A DNA stretch of 64,000 nucleotides. It comes from Mytilus californianus. Taxonomy: Eukaryota. Positions 13,541-24,945 of this stretch are shown here, piece after piece (the first letter of the stretch is position 1; every line of letters begins with the position of its first letter). A program made the position numbers and the translations under genes. The notes beneath the pieces were generated by a model. The model ran no database searches, was not told the DNA's origin, and worked only from the letters and a program-made list of their open reading frames with translations. Location: the NCBI RefSeq assembly GCF_021869535.1, contig NW_026262604.1:63364001-63428000 (forward strand), written 5' to 3'.

Positions 13541-16162
13541 TTAATATACCGAACAAACCATCTTTCTAAAAAGTCTACATACATCATCTGAAAGAAAAGA
13601 AAAATGTCACATAAACAAAATGAACTATAAGTTTGTTTTATAGTCCGTGTTGTATTTGTAAATATTTCATTTACTGAAATCAAGACTAGGAATACTTGTG
13701 TACAAATTCCCGTGCATATGAAAAATTCTACTAGACTAGCTAAAGTACTGTACACCAAAGCAATCACATTTTCTGAAGACGACGACAGACCCATATTATA
13801 CATTTACTATATTTTAGATCTTTTAAAATGCGTCGCGAAGATTTTCTTTTTCTTTTTTAATTGCTTCTGGTAAGTGATATATTAATTTGAAATTACGACA
13901 GACACAAACAGAGTTACGATATCAGAGTTTGACGTTGCCAAGCGCACAAATCCAAGCAGAATAGTTAATGACGTCAAATGTCCAATGAAAATAAGTATGA
14001 AAACGTACGGGAAATATGATTATAAAACTATTAAACGGGGTAATAGTCTTTGAAACTATTGACTGGCAAATAGTCTGTGGAATGAAACAGCACAACTATT
14101 TCAGTATTTTTTATATAGAAAAAAACATACTGAGGTATAATAATATTTATTCATCAACTGTAATTAGCTTTGAACTAGCTATTAGAACTCAGTGTCTTTT
14201 TGTTAATTGATTATATACTCCGTACTGATCGTTTTTAGTTGAGCGCTTTCCAACTGAGTTTTACAATTTGTTCTTATGTTGTTTGCTATTACAAAAACTT
14301 TTCCTGATTATGGGAGGGCTGAGTGCTCGCAAACATGATTAACCGTGCACACTATCGATATTATTATCACAAGTAAGTGGCCCTTTATTACTTGGTGGTT
14401 ATTGTTTACTGTCTGTCATATTTGTTTTTTCCATTTATTGTCTTAACAGTTTTATATTTTAACGATGAGCTATTATAGTTGTTACCATCCACACCCATAT
14501 CATTGCTATCTCTTGTGGAAAGTTTTCTCATTGGTGATCATACAACATCTTATGTTTTTAGAGTGTGGAGATTTTGCAATAAATCATGGTTTCACTGGCA
14601 AGCGATCGAACATACTACCAAGAGGTCACTGAAAGAGTTTAGTGGACCTCAAAAGCTAAACATTTATATTCTTTAGGCATGAGGTGTATTTTTTTTAATA
14701 TTGTTTAGTTTCGTTCAAATGAGTTGAATACAGTCCAGCACATTCCGGAAGCAGAAAACGGCTTCTTTAACATTGATATTTCTGTAATAGAATATAATTA
14801 TGAGTAAAAAGAGATTTGAGGTTTTTAAAGTCAATGAAAAAGCAACCCAAACCACTAACAAAAACCAACAGACATAATTTCAGATTAGACATGACTATAT
14901 AAACGCTATCTCTGACCATAAGTCGCCCTTTTTTTTTTACAGTTCTTAGACTAAAGATGATTACCTTTTATAAAATTAATTCAATGAGATATCTTAAAGA
15001 AGGAACTTGGTCATGCTTTTCTTACTTTTCTTTATATATATATATTGACCAATGACCATAATATTTTCAGACAGCAATCAACCCATGTTAGATCTTTCAC
15101 AGTCATGATCATTATCATTTGCATGGTTAATGTTTCAGACCACCACAAACAGGTTTACAGGGAACACATTAGGCGCTGTAACTATTAACACTTCCTCCAG
15201 GAAGTGATCCCATCAATTCATTCAACAGTGCTTATCTCATTTCCAACATCCAAAATTGGACCACTTTGGTACAATTACTATTTAAACTAAGTTCAAGCTC
15301 TTGGGATAAATTTATAATCATATTGACAAAGCTGCCCTTGAAATTGCCTTAAACAATTTCAGATCTTCATTTCATGCTAATTCAGTGAAATAGAATATGT
15401 TCCAAAATTTCAAAAGCTTATATATCTGAAATTAAACATAGATATTGATAGAGCGTGCTAAATAAGATAGGTCTGTGTTTAACTGTGACTTTATGCAATT
15501 CAAATATTGTAAAAGTAGCTAATGAAAAAATACACAAAAAGGACTACAGTCAATGACGATGCAAGGACACTAGAAAAACAACTCTTCCAGTAATTAACAT
15601 GACAAAACCAAAGTCAGTAACCAAACTGATTTACAGTTATTTTTTAGCACAATCATTTTGTTTATTATACCTACACGTATAATTACTATAAATACATAAC
15701 AGAAACATAAGATAAAAATTTCAAGCTTCCACAAAATGCACTTCTTTTAAACTGGATTTTACTGTGTGTTTATTTATTCTACATTGTATAGAGAAACTAG
15801 AGGAGGATTGAGTTCTCACACAACATGTTTTACCCCAGCCACATTATTGCACCTATCCCAAGTCAGGAACCTCTAGCCTTTGTTTGTCTTGTGTGTGTGT
15901 TTTTTTGTTTATAATTTTGGTTCATTTGTATGTATTGGAGTTTCAAGGGTTGTGTCCATTTCGCTGAACTAGTGTACACAATAATTAAGGGGTTAGCTGA
16001 AGCCCACCTCTGTGTGCCGGATCTATATATATAATTGCTTGCTATGTTAAAGACCCATTATAGTGGCCTTGTTTTCTCTTTGACACATTCCCTGTTTCCA
16101 TTCTCCATTTTCGTTTTAAAAATAAAACTGGAAATAACCATGCAAGATTTTAAAATTTTCAT

Positions 16163-16428
16163 GTTTTATACCCCTCACTTAGGGGTATTACGTTTTTCGG
16201 TCTGTGTGTCAGTTCGTTCATCAGTCTGTCTGTCCCGCTTCGATTAAAGTTTTTTTGTTAAAGTTTTTGGTCAAGGTTGTTTTTGATGTCAACTTGAAAC
16301 TTAGTACACATGTTCCCTATGATATGATCTTTCTAATTTTTTAGAGTTTTAACCCCAATTTTAAGGTCCACTGAACATAGAAAATGATAGTGCGGATCGG
16401 GCATCCATGAACTATGGACACATTCTTA
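16163..16428 (+). mobile_element. Short HINE/DINE-1-like non-autonomous Helentron
   Basis: 5' TTTTTATACCCC, a (GTCT/GTCC)-type microsatellite, and a 3' end homologous to the reversed copy at 32097-32350. Confidence 0.55.
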
Positions 16429-17214
16429 TTTTGTAATTAGTTCGTATAACAAAATATTTCACACAGCAAATTGATTAGTTGATATCGATAACAAGAGGAA
16501 AACATATGCATATAAACATAAGATAATATAGTCTGTCTATAAAAATCCTATGTTAAAAGTTTTAACCATGAATAACCCAGCTTTTTATTTCCATTTTTCA
16601 CAATTTTTCCCTACAAATCACATTTTACACAAGAATTACAATTTTTCAAATACTAACTACTATAGGACTCCTTAAGATAAACATCAGATAGTATTTTCTA
16701 TTTTCTATTTTGATCCCAATTCGAAAGTTCTAACAATCAATAACCGAGATTTTTTTATTTCCAGTTATTGGGATTTTCTGTCTTAAAACAAACATATATT
16801 CAACCAAAATTACCCAAATATTAATATTGATAACTAAAGGACTTCACAAAATAAACATAAAATAGTATATTCTTTTTAATATATAGATCAAATTTCAAAA
16901 ATATTAACCATTAACAATGGACATTCTCTACGTTTCCTGTTTTCGATGTTTTTTTCACTAAAAATCACTCATTTCACCTCAAAATTACCTCAATATGAAA
17001 AATAATAACTAGAGGACTACATAATATACTATTAAGATAAGGTTTCCTATCTTCAACAAGCTTTAGGTATAAAAATGTAACCATAAATAACAATTTTTCT
17101 TCTTTTCAAGTTTTCAGCATTTTTTCTCTAAAAACCACATATTTTACCCAAAAAAAACCTTGTGTTGCAATTAGTTGGAGGTTGAGTGATTTTAGAGCTA
17201 AATTGACTAGGCTA

Positions 17215-18252
17215 ATATTACTGGTAAATTATTAAGGCAGGGATTTCATTACTACAAATTACTTAAAACCTTTACTAAATTCTTCCATAGAGATAAAGAT
17301 TTGGTTTTGAAGTTTGGTTGTACCTGTAGAAAACTTATTTCAAACAAGATAGCACATCCTCATTGTTACGGAGATGTTGTTTACCGAGCCAGGAAATTTG
17401 GAAACGATCCGGGTAAACTTATCGATCCTTTAAATAAACTTATTCTAAAAGGTTACTAATTCAACACTGTAATTAGATCTTTGAATATTGTTTTTATTGG
17501 TATTAATGTTGATTTTCTTATCAGTAAATTAAAATCAAACTAAATATTATTTTTATATATATATATGCACATTCATGGCTCTACAATCTGTCGATACCTG
17601 TATCTTGGCATTGCACAAGGTCATGTTTTTCTCTGACTGTTTACGACATCTTTACACTAAATCCAATAGATGTTGGATGTGTACTGATTGATATTTTAGT
17701 CTTAGTTGCATGATTTTTTTCATTAGTTGTTATTGGCTTTGAACAAGCTATCAGTAACTGCGAGTACTCTCAGATCTGTACTTAGTGTCTTTCTGTTGTG
17801 TGGGAGTACAAGTACCCGTCCTCGTTCACTCTGTGTTTTTGTTAGATGTATTTCTATTTGTATCCATCTGATGAGTTAAGCCTTTTTCAACTGTTTTTAT
17901 AGTTTGTTCTTATGTTGTACCGTTACACGACTGTCCCAGGTTAGGGGGAGGGTTTTGCGCCAACAAACTGGTTTAACCCCGCCACATTCTGTAGGAGCCT
18001 GTAGTTCAGTGGTTGTCGTTTGTTGCTGTGTAACATATTTGTTTTTCGTTCATTATTTTGTACATAAATTAGGCCGTTAGTTTTCTCGTTTGAATTGTTT
18101 TACATTTGTCATTTCGGGGCCTATTATAGCTGACTATGTGGTATGGGCTTTGCTCATTGTTGAAGGTCGTACGGTGACCTATAGTTGTTAATTTCTGTGT
18201 CATTTGGTCTCTTGTGGGGAGTTGTCTCATTGGCAATCATACCACATCTTCT
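17215..18252 (+). mobile_element. 5'-truncated Naiad-type Penelope-like element (family 2): RT C-terminus plus 3' UTR
   Basis: Translates to QGFHYYKLLKTFTKF...HPHCYGDVVYRARK...GINVDFL, homologous to the RT end at 45080-45390. A long UTR follows, ending CATACCACATCTTCTT. Confidence 0.8.
17635..17701 (+). ncRNA. SECIS-like stem-loop (type II) with a degenerate core (ACGA instead of AUGA)
   Basis: Helix I GACTG/TAGTC; core A-CGAC (17643-47) / TGAT (17689-92); helix II ATCTTTACAC/GTGTACTGAT (8 of 10 paired); AAA 11 nt after the core; apical ministem TCCAA/TTGGA. Confidence 0.65.
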
Positions 18253-19386
18253 TACTATACGACCCCAAAAAAAATTGCGGTCGTATATTAGTATCACGTC
18301 GTCGTCGTCAGTGTCGTCCGAAGACAGTTGGTTTCCGGACAATAACTTTAGTATAATTAAATAGAAATCTATGAAATTTAAACACAAGGTTTATAACCAC
18401 AAAAGGAAGGTTGGGATTGATTTTGGGGGTTATGGTCTTAACATTTTAGGAATTAGGGGCCAAAAAGGGGCCCAAATAAGCATTTTTCTAGTTTCCAGAC
18501 AATAATTTGTGGAACGGTGTATGAATCTCTCTGAAATTATACCACAAAGGGATGGTTAGGATTTGCTTTGGGGGGGAGGGGGTTATGGCTCAAACCGTTA
18601 GGAATTAGGGGCAAAAAAGGGGAAAAACAAGGGTTTCCTGGTTAATGGACAATTACTTAAGAAAATTTAAAAGCAGTGTAAGGGAGGTAATCCAAACACA
18701 ACGTTTCGATTACCTCCCTTACACTGCTTTTAAATTATGTATAAAGAAATGTTGTATTGTCTTGAGATGATTTGCTGTCAATTTATTTTTAGATCGAAGT
18801 TACTATTAAGGAATATTAATTTTAGCCATGATTATGTATGTCATTTTCTATTTTAAGACTTTTATGATGTATTTAAATGGGTAATTATGGTTGCAAACTC
18901 CATTGGAAATTTGAATTAAGTTTATGTCCATATCTTGAGGGAAAGAATTTTTTGGGGGAAAAGGGGGGGGGGGGGGTGAAAAAAGAAATTGTGGGGGGTC
19001 AATTTTTTTCTCATTTCAGATTTCAGAAATTAAAAAGAAAAATTCTTCAAATATTATTTTTTTTGCAAAAAAAAGGGGGGGGGGGGTCAATACGCAACAG
19101 CATAGTGTATTGCACAAAAGCAAAAAAAAAGGGGGGGGGGTCAATTCGCAACAGCAAAGTGTATTGCACAAAAGCAAAAAATTGAACATAAATTCAAATC
19201 ATATAACGAACTCTAAGTTCTTTGACTACAGTTATTCTGTGTCAGAAACCTATTATGTGTCAAATATTTAATTACAATCCAAATTCAGACCTGTATCTTA
19301 AGCGCGAATATTGTGTCCATTTTTGCCCCAACTGTTCAGGGTTGGACCTCTGCGGTCGTATCCAGCTGCTCTCGGCGAAGCAATTT
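18252..19386 (+). mobile_element. Complete non-autonomous Helentron/HINE-like element
   Basis: 5' hairpin TATACGACC...GGTCGTATA, a (GTC)n tract, 3' subterminal inverted TGCGGTCGTAT (19351-61), a terminal hairpin and a T-run. Same 3' end as the element ending at 1318. Confidence 0.75.
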
Positions 19387-19895
19387 ATTTTTATATGTAA
19401 GAACAAAAGAAAGGAAACATTTCTTAATAAATTTTTGCATTAAGAATAATCTAGATTTGTACAAGCAGGTGGTGCATCTTTGTTGAAGGCTCTTCACTGT
19501 AGAAAAGACTGGAGCAGTAAAAAATATTCAGGGAATAAATTTTATCACTATTGTAAGAAAATACAATTAACAAATCTGGCCGAAATGGTATGCTTTTTTT
19601 TTGTATATGGATTAAAAAATAAAAAAAGACTTATTGTATCTATGATGAATTATATGAAATAGACCTTTTTATATTGAATATGGAATAAACATTTTCAAAA
19701 TATATAGTTCTACAGAAGCACTCACAATTTCATGAACCAAGGAGATAAATATCAATAGCATTCTATTTCGACTATCTCTGTTTCATTGCAAAACTGGAAG
19801 ACAAAAATGTAACAACATAAAAGTCATCTTTAATGGTCAATACATTTATTAAAATAGGGTGCACATAAAAAAATGCTGAATTTAGAAATGAAAAC

Positions 19896-21590
19896 TTATT
19901 CTTTGTCCCAACTATACATTACGTTGTACAAAGCAGCATTGCCACTACTTTTATCACAAACTAGAAGAGAGTTATTTTCCTTGCAATAGTATACAGCATT
20001 TGGTTCGGAGAGGCCGTCATCTTTATTAAGTAATATCTTACTGGCTTTTCCATCATGTTGAATAAGCACTAGATTGTTCGAATCACGCCCAACAACAAAT
20101 ACGTTTTGATTATTGTCAAGAGATAATGCTGTCGGAAAGCGTATGGATTCATCCTTAAATGTCCATATGTCTGTACCGTTCATGGTGCAACAGTGTACAG
20201 TATGCAGGGATGAATTTGTGAAGTATATCATTTTACCTGAAGTTGTTATATTTCTCAATTCGATTTTCTTGCATTTAACTTCTCCTACTCGTTTTCCCGA
20301 AGGATCAATTACCACAATGCCCTCCTTGCCTCGCGCAACATATAGCTTTCCTTCATTGAACGCTAAGCCAAAACATTTGAATTCTAGCTCCAAAGTCTTC
20401 CAAACACAACCATTTTGTATGAGATCGATACGCTTGTTTCTTCCGTGAGAAACAGCCACGCCATCCAAACCACACAATGCTAAATCAAAGGTTAAAAAAG
20501 ATGTGGCGATGTTACGGATATGTTTTCCGTTTTCAGTGTATTCTTGTATATGACGAGCTGCAGTATGAGTGTTTGCTATCAGAATGTGTCCATTTGGTAA
20601 AATTATGCATCCATAAACAAATATGCAATCATCTTTTTTTTGAAGATTCAGTTTTTTGTCTAATTGAAGAACTACATCCTGAATACGACTCTCTTTTATT
20701 TGACTTCTCTGTATCTGTGCTTGTCCTATTTTAGAATCATAGAACAATAAACCAGACTCACGTTTTTCAAGCTTGATAACACCAACTCTATCAAATTGTT
20801 CGAAAAGATTATCAATAATCGGATAAAAATCAAGTTCAATATTATAACTCCTGGAATGGCTTGTTGCTAACTTTATAGACTTGATCTCTTCATTAACGTC
20901 TTTATATACTTGTCGTATGCCGAGAAACACATGAAGGTCAGAAGCGAAATCTTTTAACTTTAGTGTTTTTTCTTTAAGCTTAATCAAATTTATCTCTGCA
21001 TCTTTAAAATTATTTAAATTTTTGCTGCTTTCAGATACACATTCGTCAGATATTGATGACAGTTCATGTAATAACCTTTCTTGCAACTCGTCAAAGTAAC
21101 GGACTACTTTCTCTTTGGTGTCTTTAATGGTTTTCTCAATATCTCGTCTTTGGGTCTGGATTGATTCATGTACTGTTTTTCGGTCACGAATAAAATCTTC
21201 TATATTTTGTAATGATCTATTAATGGTATCTTCAAGGTCATGAATTACCGTTGAGTGTTTTGCATTTATTGCTACATCCTCCAGAGGCACAACATCCGGG
21301 CATATCTTGTGCTCAGAAGACACACAAGCTTTGCAGAGTGCTTCATCGTGACTTTTGCAAAACCAATCAAATGTTTTGTTGTGCTGAACACACGTTTGTT
21401 CTATGGTTATATTTTGTATATTACGGTAATTATCTACTGAAATTAGATGATGACCTCGGGAAAATTTTGTCGCCTTGTGAACCTTTTCGCAGTCTGGACA
21501 AAATCCTTCCTCGCATTCAACACACCACGTATTAGCTTGCACTGTTTTATTGTGGTAACAACATGGGTCGCAAAAGACAGGCGTTGACAT
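19896..21590 (-). CDS. RING-less TRIM-like protein (B-box1, B-box2, coiled coil, NHL-like beta-propeller), 564 aa, single coding exon
   Basis: Intact ORF with CDPC...WCVECEEGFCPDCEKVH (B-box 1), CVQH...FCKSHDEALCKACVSSEH (B-box 2), a heptad-rich middle and propeller-like C-terminal repeats. A splice acceptor (ttgatag|G) lies 10 nt upstream of the ATG, implying a 5' UTR intron. Confidence 0.9.
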   Translation of the reverse strand: MSTPVFCDPCCYHNKTVQANTWCVECEEGFCPDCEKVHKATKFSRGHHLISVDNYRNIQNITIEQTCVQHNKTFDWFCKSHDEALCKACVSSEHKICPDVVPLEDVAINAKHSTVIHDLEDTINRSLQNIEDFIRDRKTVHESIQTQRRDIEKTIKDTKEKVVRYFDELQERLLHELSSISDECVSESSKNLNNFKDAEINLIKLKEKTLKLKDFASDLHVFLGIRQVYKDVNEEIKSIKLATSHSRSYNIELDFYPIIDNLFEQFDRVGVIKLEKRESGLLFYDSKIGQAQIQRSQIKESRIQDVVLQLDKKLNLQKKDDCIFVYGCIILPNGHILIANTHTAARHIQEYTENGKHIRNIATSFLTFDLALCGLDGVAVSHGRNKRIDLIQNGCVWKTLELEFKCFGLAFNEGKLYVARGKEGIVVIDPSGKRVGEVKCKKIELRNITTSGKMIYFTNSSLHTVHCCTMNGTDIWTFKDESIRFPTALSLDNNQNVFVVGRDSNNLVLIQHDGKASKILLNKDDGLSEPNAVYYCKENNSLLVCDKSSGNAALYNVMYSWDKE

Positions 21591-24500
21591 TGTTCTCTAC
21601 CTATCAATTAAAAAAAAACACTATCAAATACAAAATTGTGGAACAATAAAATTATAGATTAAGCACAAATGTATGACCTCATGTATGGCGAATGAGGTAG
21701 GTAAACAAGGGAGGTAATATGACTGTAAATTCAGAAAGTTTTGCGATGTATTTATGATTGCGATAATTGTTACGGGATATGTTTCACAAAATAAAAACTA
21801 GCATTTTAAATTTAAGTAGCATAATGTGTATGTAACATGTCATGAAATCGCATTAATTAATCGCGCATGTGTTTCCATAGTTTAGAAATCGCAATAATTA
21901 ATAAATGTATGCAAAACTTTCTAAATTTACAGTAAAAAAGATACACACTTCTGATCTGTTCATACCAACATTGAACAAACATGTCAATCAGATCTTTATG
22001 TGTTTCCTCCCGAAAAAATCCATCATAACGACTTCGATTGGGAAAAGCGATGTAGAAAACAACAAAATACGATAATCCACTGTTAAGTGTACATTTGTTT
22101 ATCGATTCTTTTAATGTAAGAAGAAGGAGAGACTGATATCAAGAAATCAAGTCATTAACAAGACAACCGTGACCATAACCAAAACGGAAAACAGACGAAA
22201 AGACGGACGACAGTCCCCCAAACTCTACACAGAAAACAAGAGATTGTTTATTACGAAACCCACTAGAACACTATTTAACTTCAGTGCTCCGGAAGGGTTA
22301 GCAGTTCCTGCTCTACTAGTGGTACTGGCCATGTTAGTCATTGGAAGTAAATGTTCTTTGATAAATCGTGTTCGGTGATTTCATCATTACGCATTTGTAA
22401 CCCTTGGTTCAATAAATTCCTTGTACGTGTGAGATTGATTGATTGTTGTTTGCTTTACGTCCAGTGACAAGTATATATCATTTGTTATCGTCCTAATACT
22501 TTTATTTGGATTTCAGTTTCATTATTATAAGTAGTATGGTACGAAATGCGACATAACAGGAAATATATAAGTTTCCAAATTCATAAATTAATGCGAATCA
22601 AAAAGAGATCTTTTATGAAAATAATCGTTTTTATATAATTATTTTGCGTTGAACAACAATAAAAAATTCCCCACTGGTGGTAATATTGGACAAATGGTAG
22701 GCAAATCAACAGCATTTCTGAAAAATTATTCAAATTAAGACATTTTACAAGAAAAAATATGAATTTGAATAAGCTATAGATTTATAAGAATTTCTTTATT
22801 ATAGTAACAGTCATTACGGCTAGTCTACAGGGACAGCTGTAAGACTGCTTTCAACAGCATTTCATTGAAGGCATTAATGTTGAAACTTCTATCTTTATTT
22901 TTTTATAGAAAAAAATAAAATTACATGCCTTCGCGACCGGCTCTTATGTTCTATAACAGTAACTGCGGCTATTTTATAAGGTCCAAGGGCTTAATTGACA
23001 CAAATTTAAAACTATATTGGATGCTAAGTTTGGTGTGATAGGACGACGACGACAGATGCCAGTTATTGCTATACGTTAAATGGCTTTGAAAGCCCCGGTG
23101 AACTAGAGGGGATTGTTCTTTATTGTAGTTATGTTAACAAATGCTCCTAATTTCTAACACGGAAGTTAAATATACAAATACAAGGTTAACATTGAAATCG
23201 TTGAATAACAAAAAAAATAGTGTGTATGATATTGTTTACTACTACACTTACTCTATATTCCTGTGTTGCTGAGCGTTTTAAGTTCCTTTAATTGTTATTT
23301 CAGTTACATTTTCTTTGCCCGACTCAGATTTGCTGTATGATCTTCCATATCAACGTATGTCGTATATCAGTAATAGTATTAATAAATGTAAATCGATAAC
23401 GAGACTTTACAATTTAAACTCGGTAGTATCGAGCGAAGAAGGCGGGAAATTTGAAAAAAAATATCAGACTGACGTTATCAATATCAAACCGTCCACAACG
23501 GATGGGTGTCAGCTGAATTTCTGCAAATTGCTAGGGACAGACCCCTTTACCATCATTTCTTAAAAAAAAGTAATTCCTTTCAGAAAGGAAGTGAAAGAAA
23601 AAAGTTAGTTTCCAATGGAAATAAAAAAGGGAAAAAAATGATAAAAGGTAACATTGAGTTTTTTGTTGTTCCTGTATTTTATATGATTTTTTTGTTCAAT
23701 CATTAATGAAAATGAAAACGTGAAATAATAATTCGCTTTTAGCAGCCAGCTCGGTTCAATTTTATCAAAATAAGCGAAGAAGCATTGTTGATGAATTATT
23801 CACTTGCAAGTGAATGATTCGACCACATTGAATCCGTATTCTTGTGACTTCTATTTAACCCCTTAGCTAGAGATGGGTTACGCATGAACTAGGCGTGTTC
23901 AGCTATTAAAAGGAAAAGAATGTCAACAATGAAAGTGAAACAAGGGTAAACCATTTGGTTGACCGATTCGATCCACAAAAACTCATTCTTATACAGGTAA
24001 AAACGATGATTAACATATTTGTTTAACCTACAATATGAAATCAAACAGACCTAGAAAAAATCCCATTGCACGTGTTCACTGTTTATTTAGATCTATATTT
24101 ATGTTTATATTGGGTTATATGACCGGCGGCAGTCTTCGGAGGTCACATCGATGGTTAATTAGTATGCGTCTAGACTAAAATATTCACGAAATGCGGATAC
24201 ATATTTTCGAGACCATGTATTGCTAATTGTTCATTTTAGACTTTTTGCAAGTTGGATATACGTTTTAGTAGGTTTTAAATCAAATATGAGAATTTGAGTC
24301 AAATCGGTAAACATGAATTTGACAGAAAATGCCCCTTCAAAGTTGAAGAAATAATTTGTCCGAGAATAAAAAACTAAAGCTGCATGTCGGTACCTTCAAC
24401 ATTTGATAAATAGGGTCAATCTATTCTTTTCTGCCGAGTAAATCTTAAACAGTCATTATCTTAGCCAAGCAGGGGTTCGACATTAACTTTTTTAACAACT

Positions 24501-24834
24501 TGACATTCGAGCAAGTAACCATGATGTATTACTTATCCGAAAGAGATAACCACTTGTCCAAATTTTGTACTTGCTTACGAAATTTTAGACTGCTATTTAT
24601 GAACATAAAATCAGATAAATGCAACTAAATAAGGAATGAAATGTAGTCGATTACCGAAAGTGTCGTACCAAGCCACTTGAACAACACCAGTTCACCATTG
24701 ACCTTAGAGCAAAGTCAAAGCCGAATCTATGGTTTAATTCATAACATATAATTTTGTAGTTTTCTGTGTTTATGTCTTGTTGCTAGAACTTATGTGTCTG
24801 TCCTGTACAGTATATATATATATGTGTGTGTGCG

Positions 24835-24945
24835 CGCAAGCGGTGTTGCCACGATGTCACAGAAGTAAGGGTTCGAATCCCGCTGAGGGAAGAACAAAAA
24901 ATTACTTACGCAAATTTGAAGATTTAACATTGTTGGGCTAAATCT
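24835..24945 (+). mobile_element. tRNA-derived SINE-like fragment
   Basis: B-box GGTTCGAATCCC at 24870-24881 after a (TA)(TG) microsatellite; no complete cloverleaf. Confidence 0.45.

Noticed and set aside
17865-17900. Hammerhead ribozyme (CTGATGAG)
   Set aside because: No GAAA core partner or flanking stems were found.
20113-21535. Plus-strand ORFs overlapping TRIM paralog 1 (and 32970-34208 for paralog 2)
   Set aside because: These are antisense shadows of the real CDS; they are similar between paralogs only because the sense gene is.
24835-24945. tRNA gene
   Set aside because: Only a B-box is present; there is no acceptor stem or cloverleaf, so it is treated as a SINE fragment.
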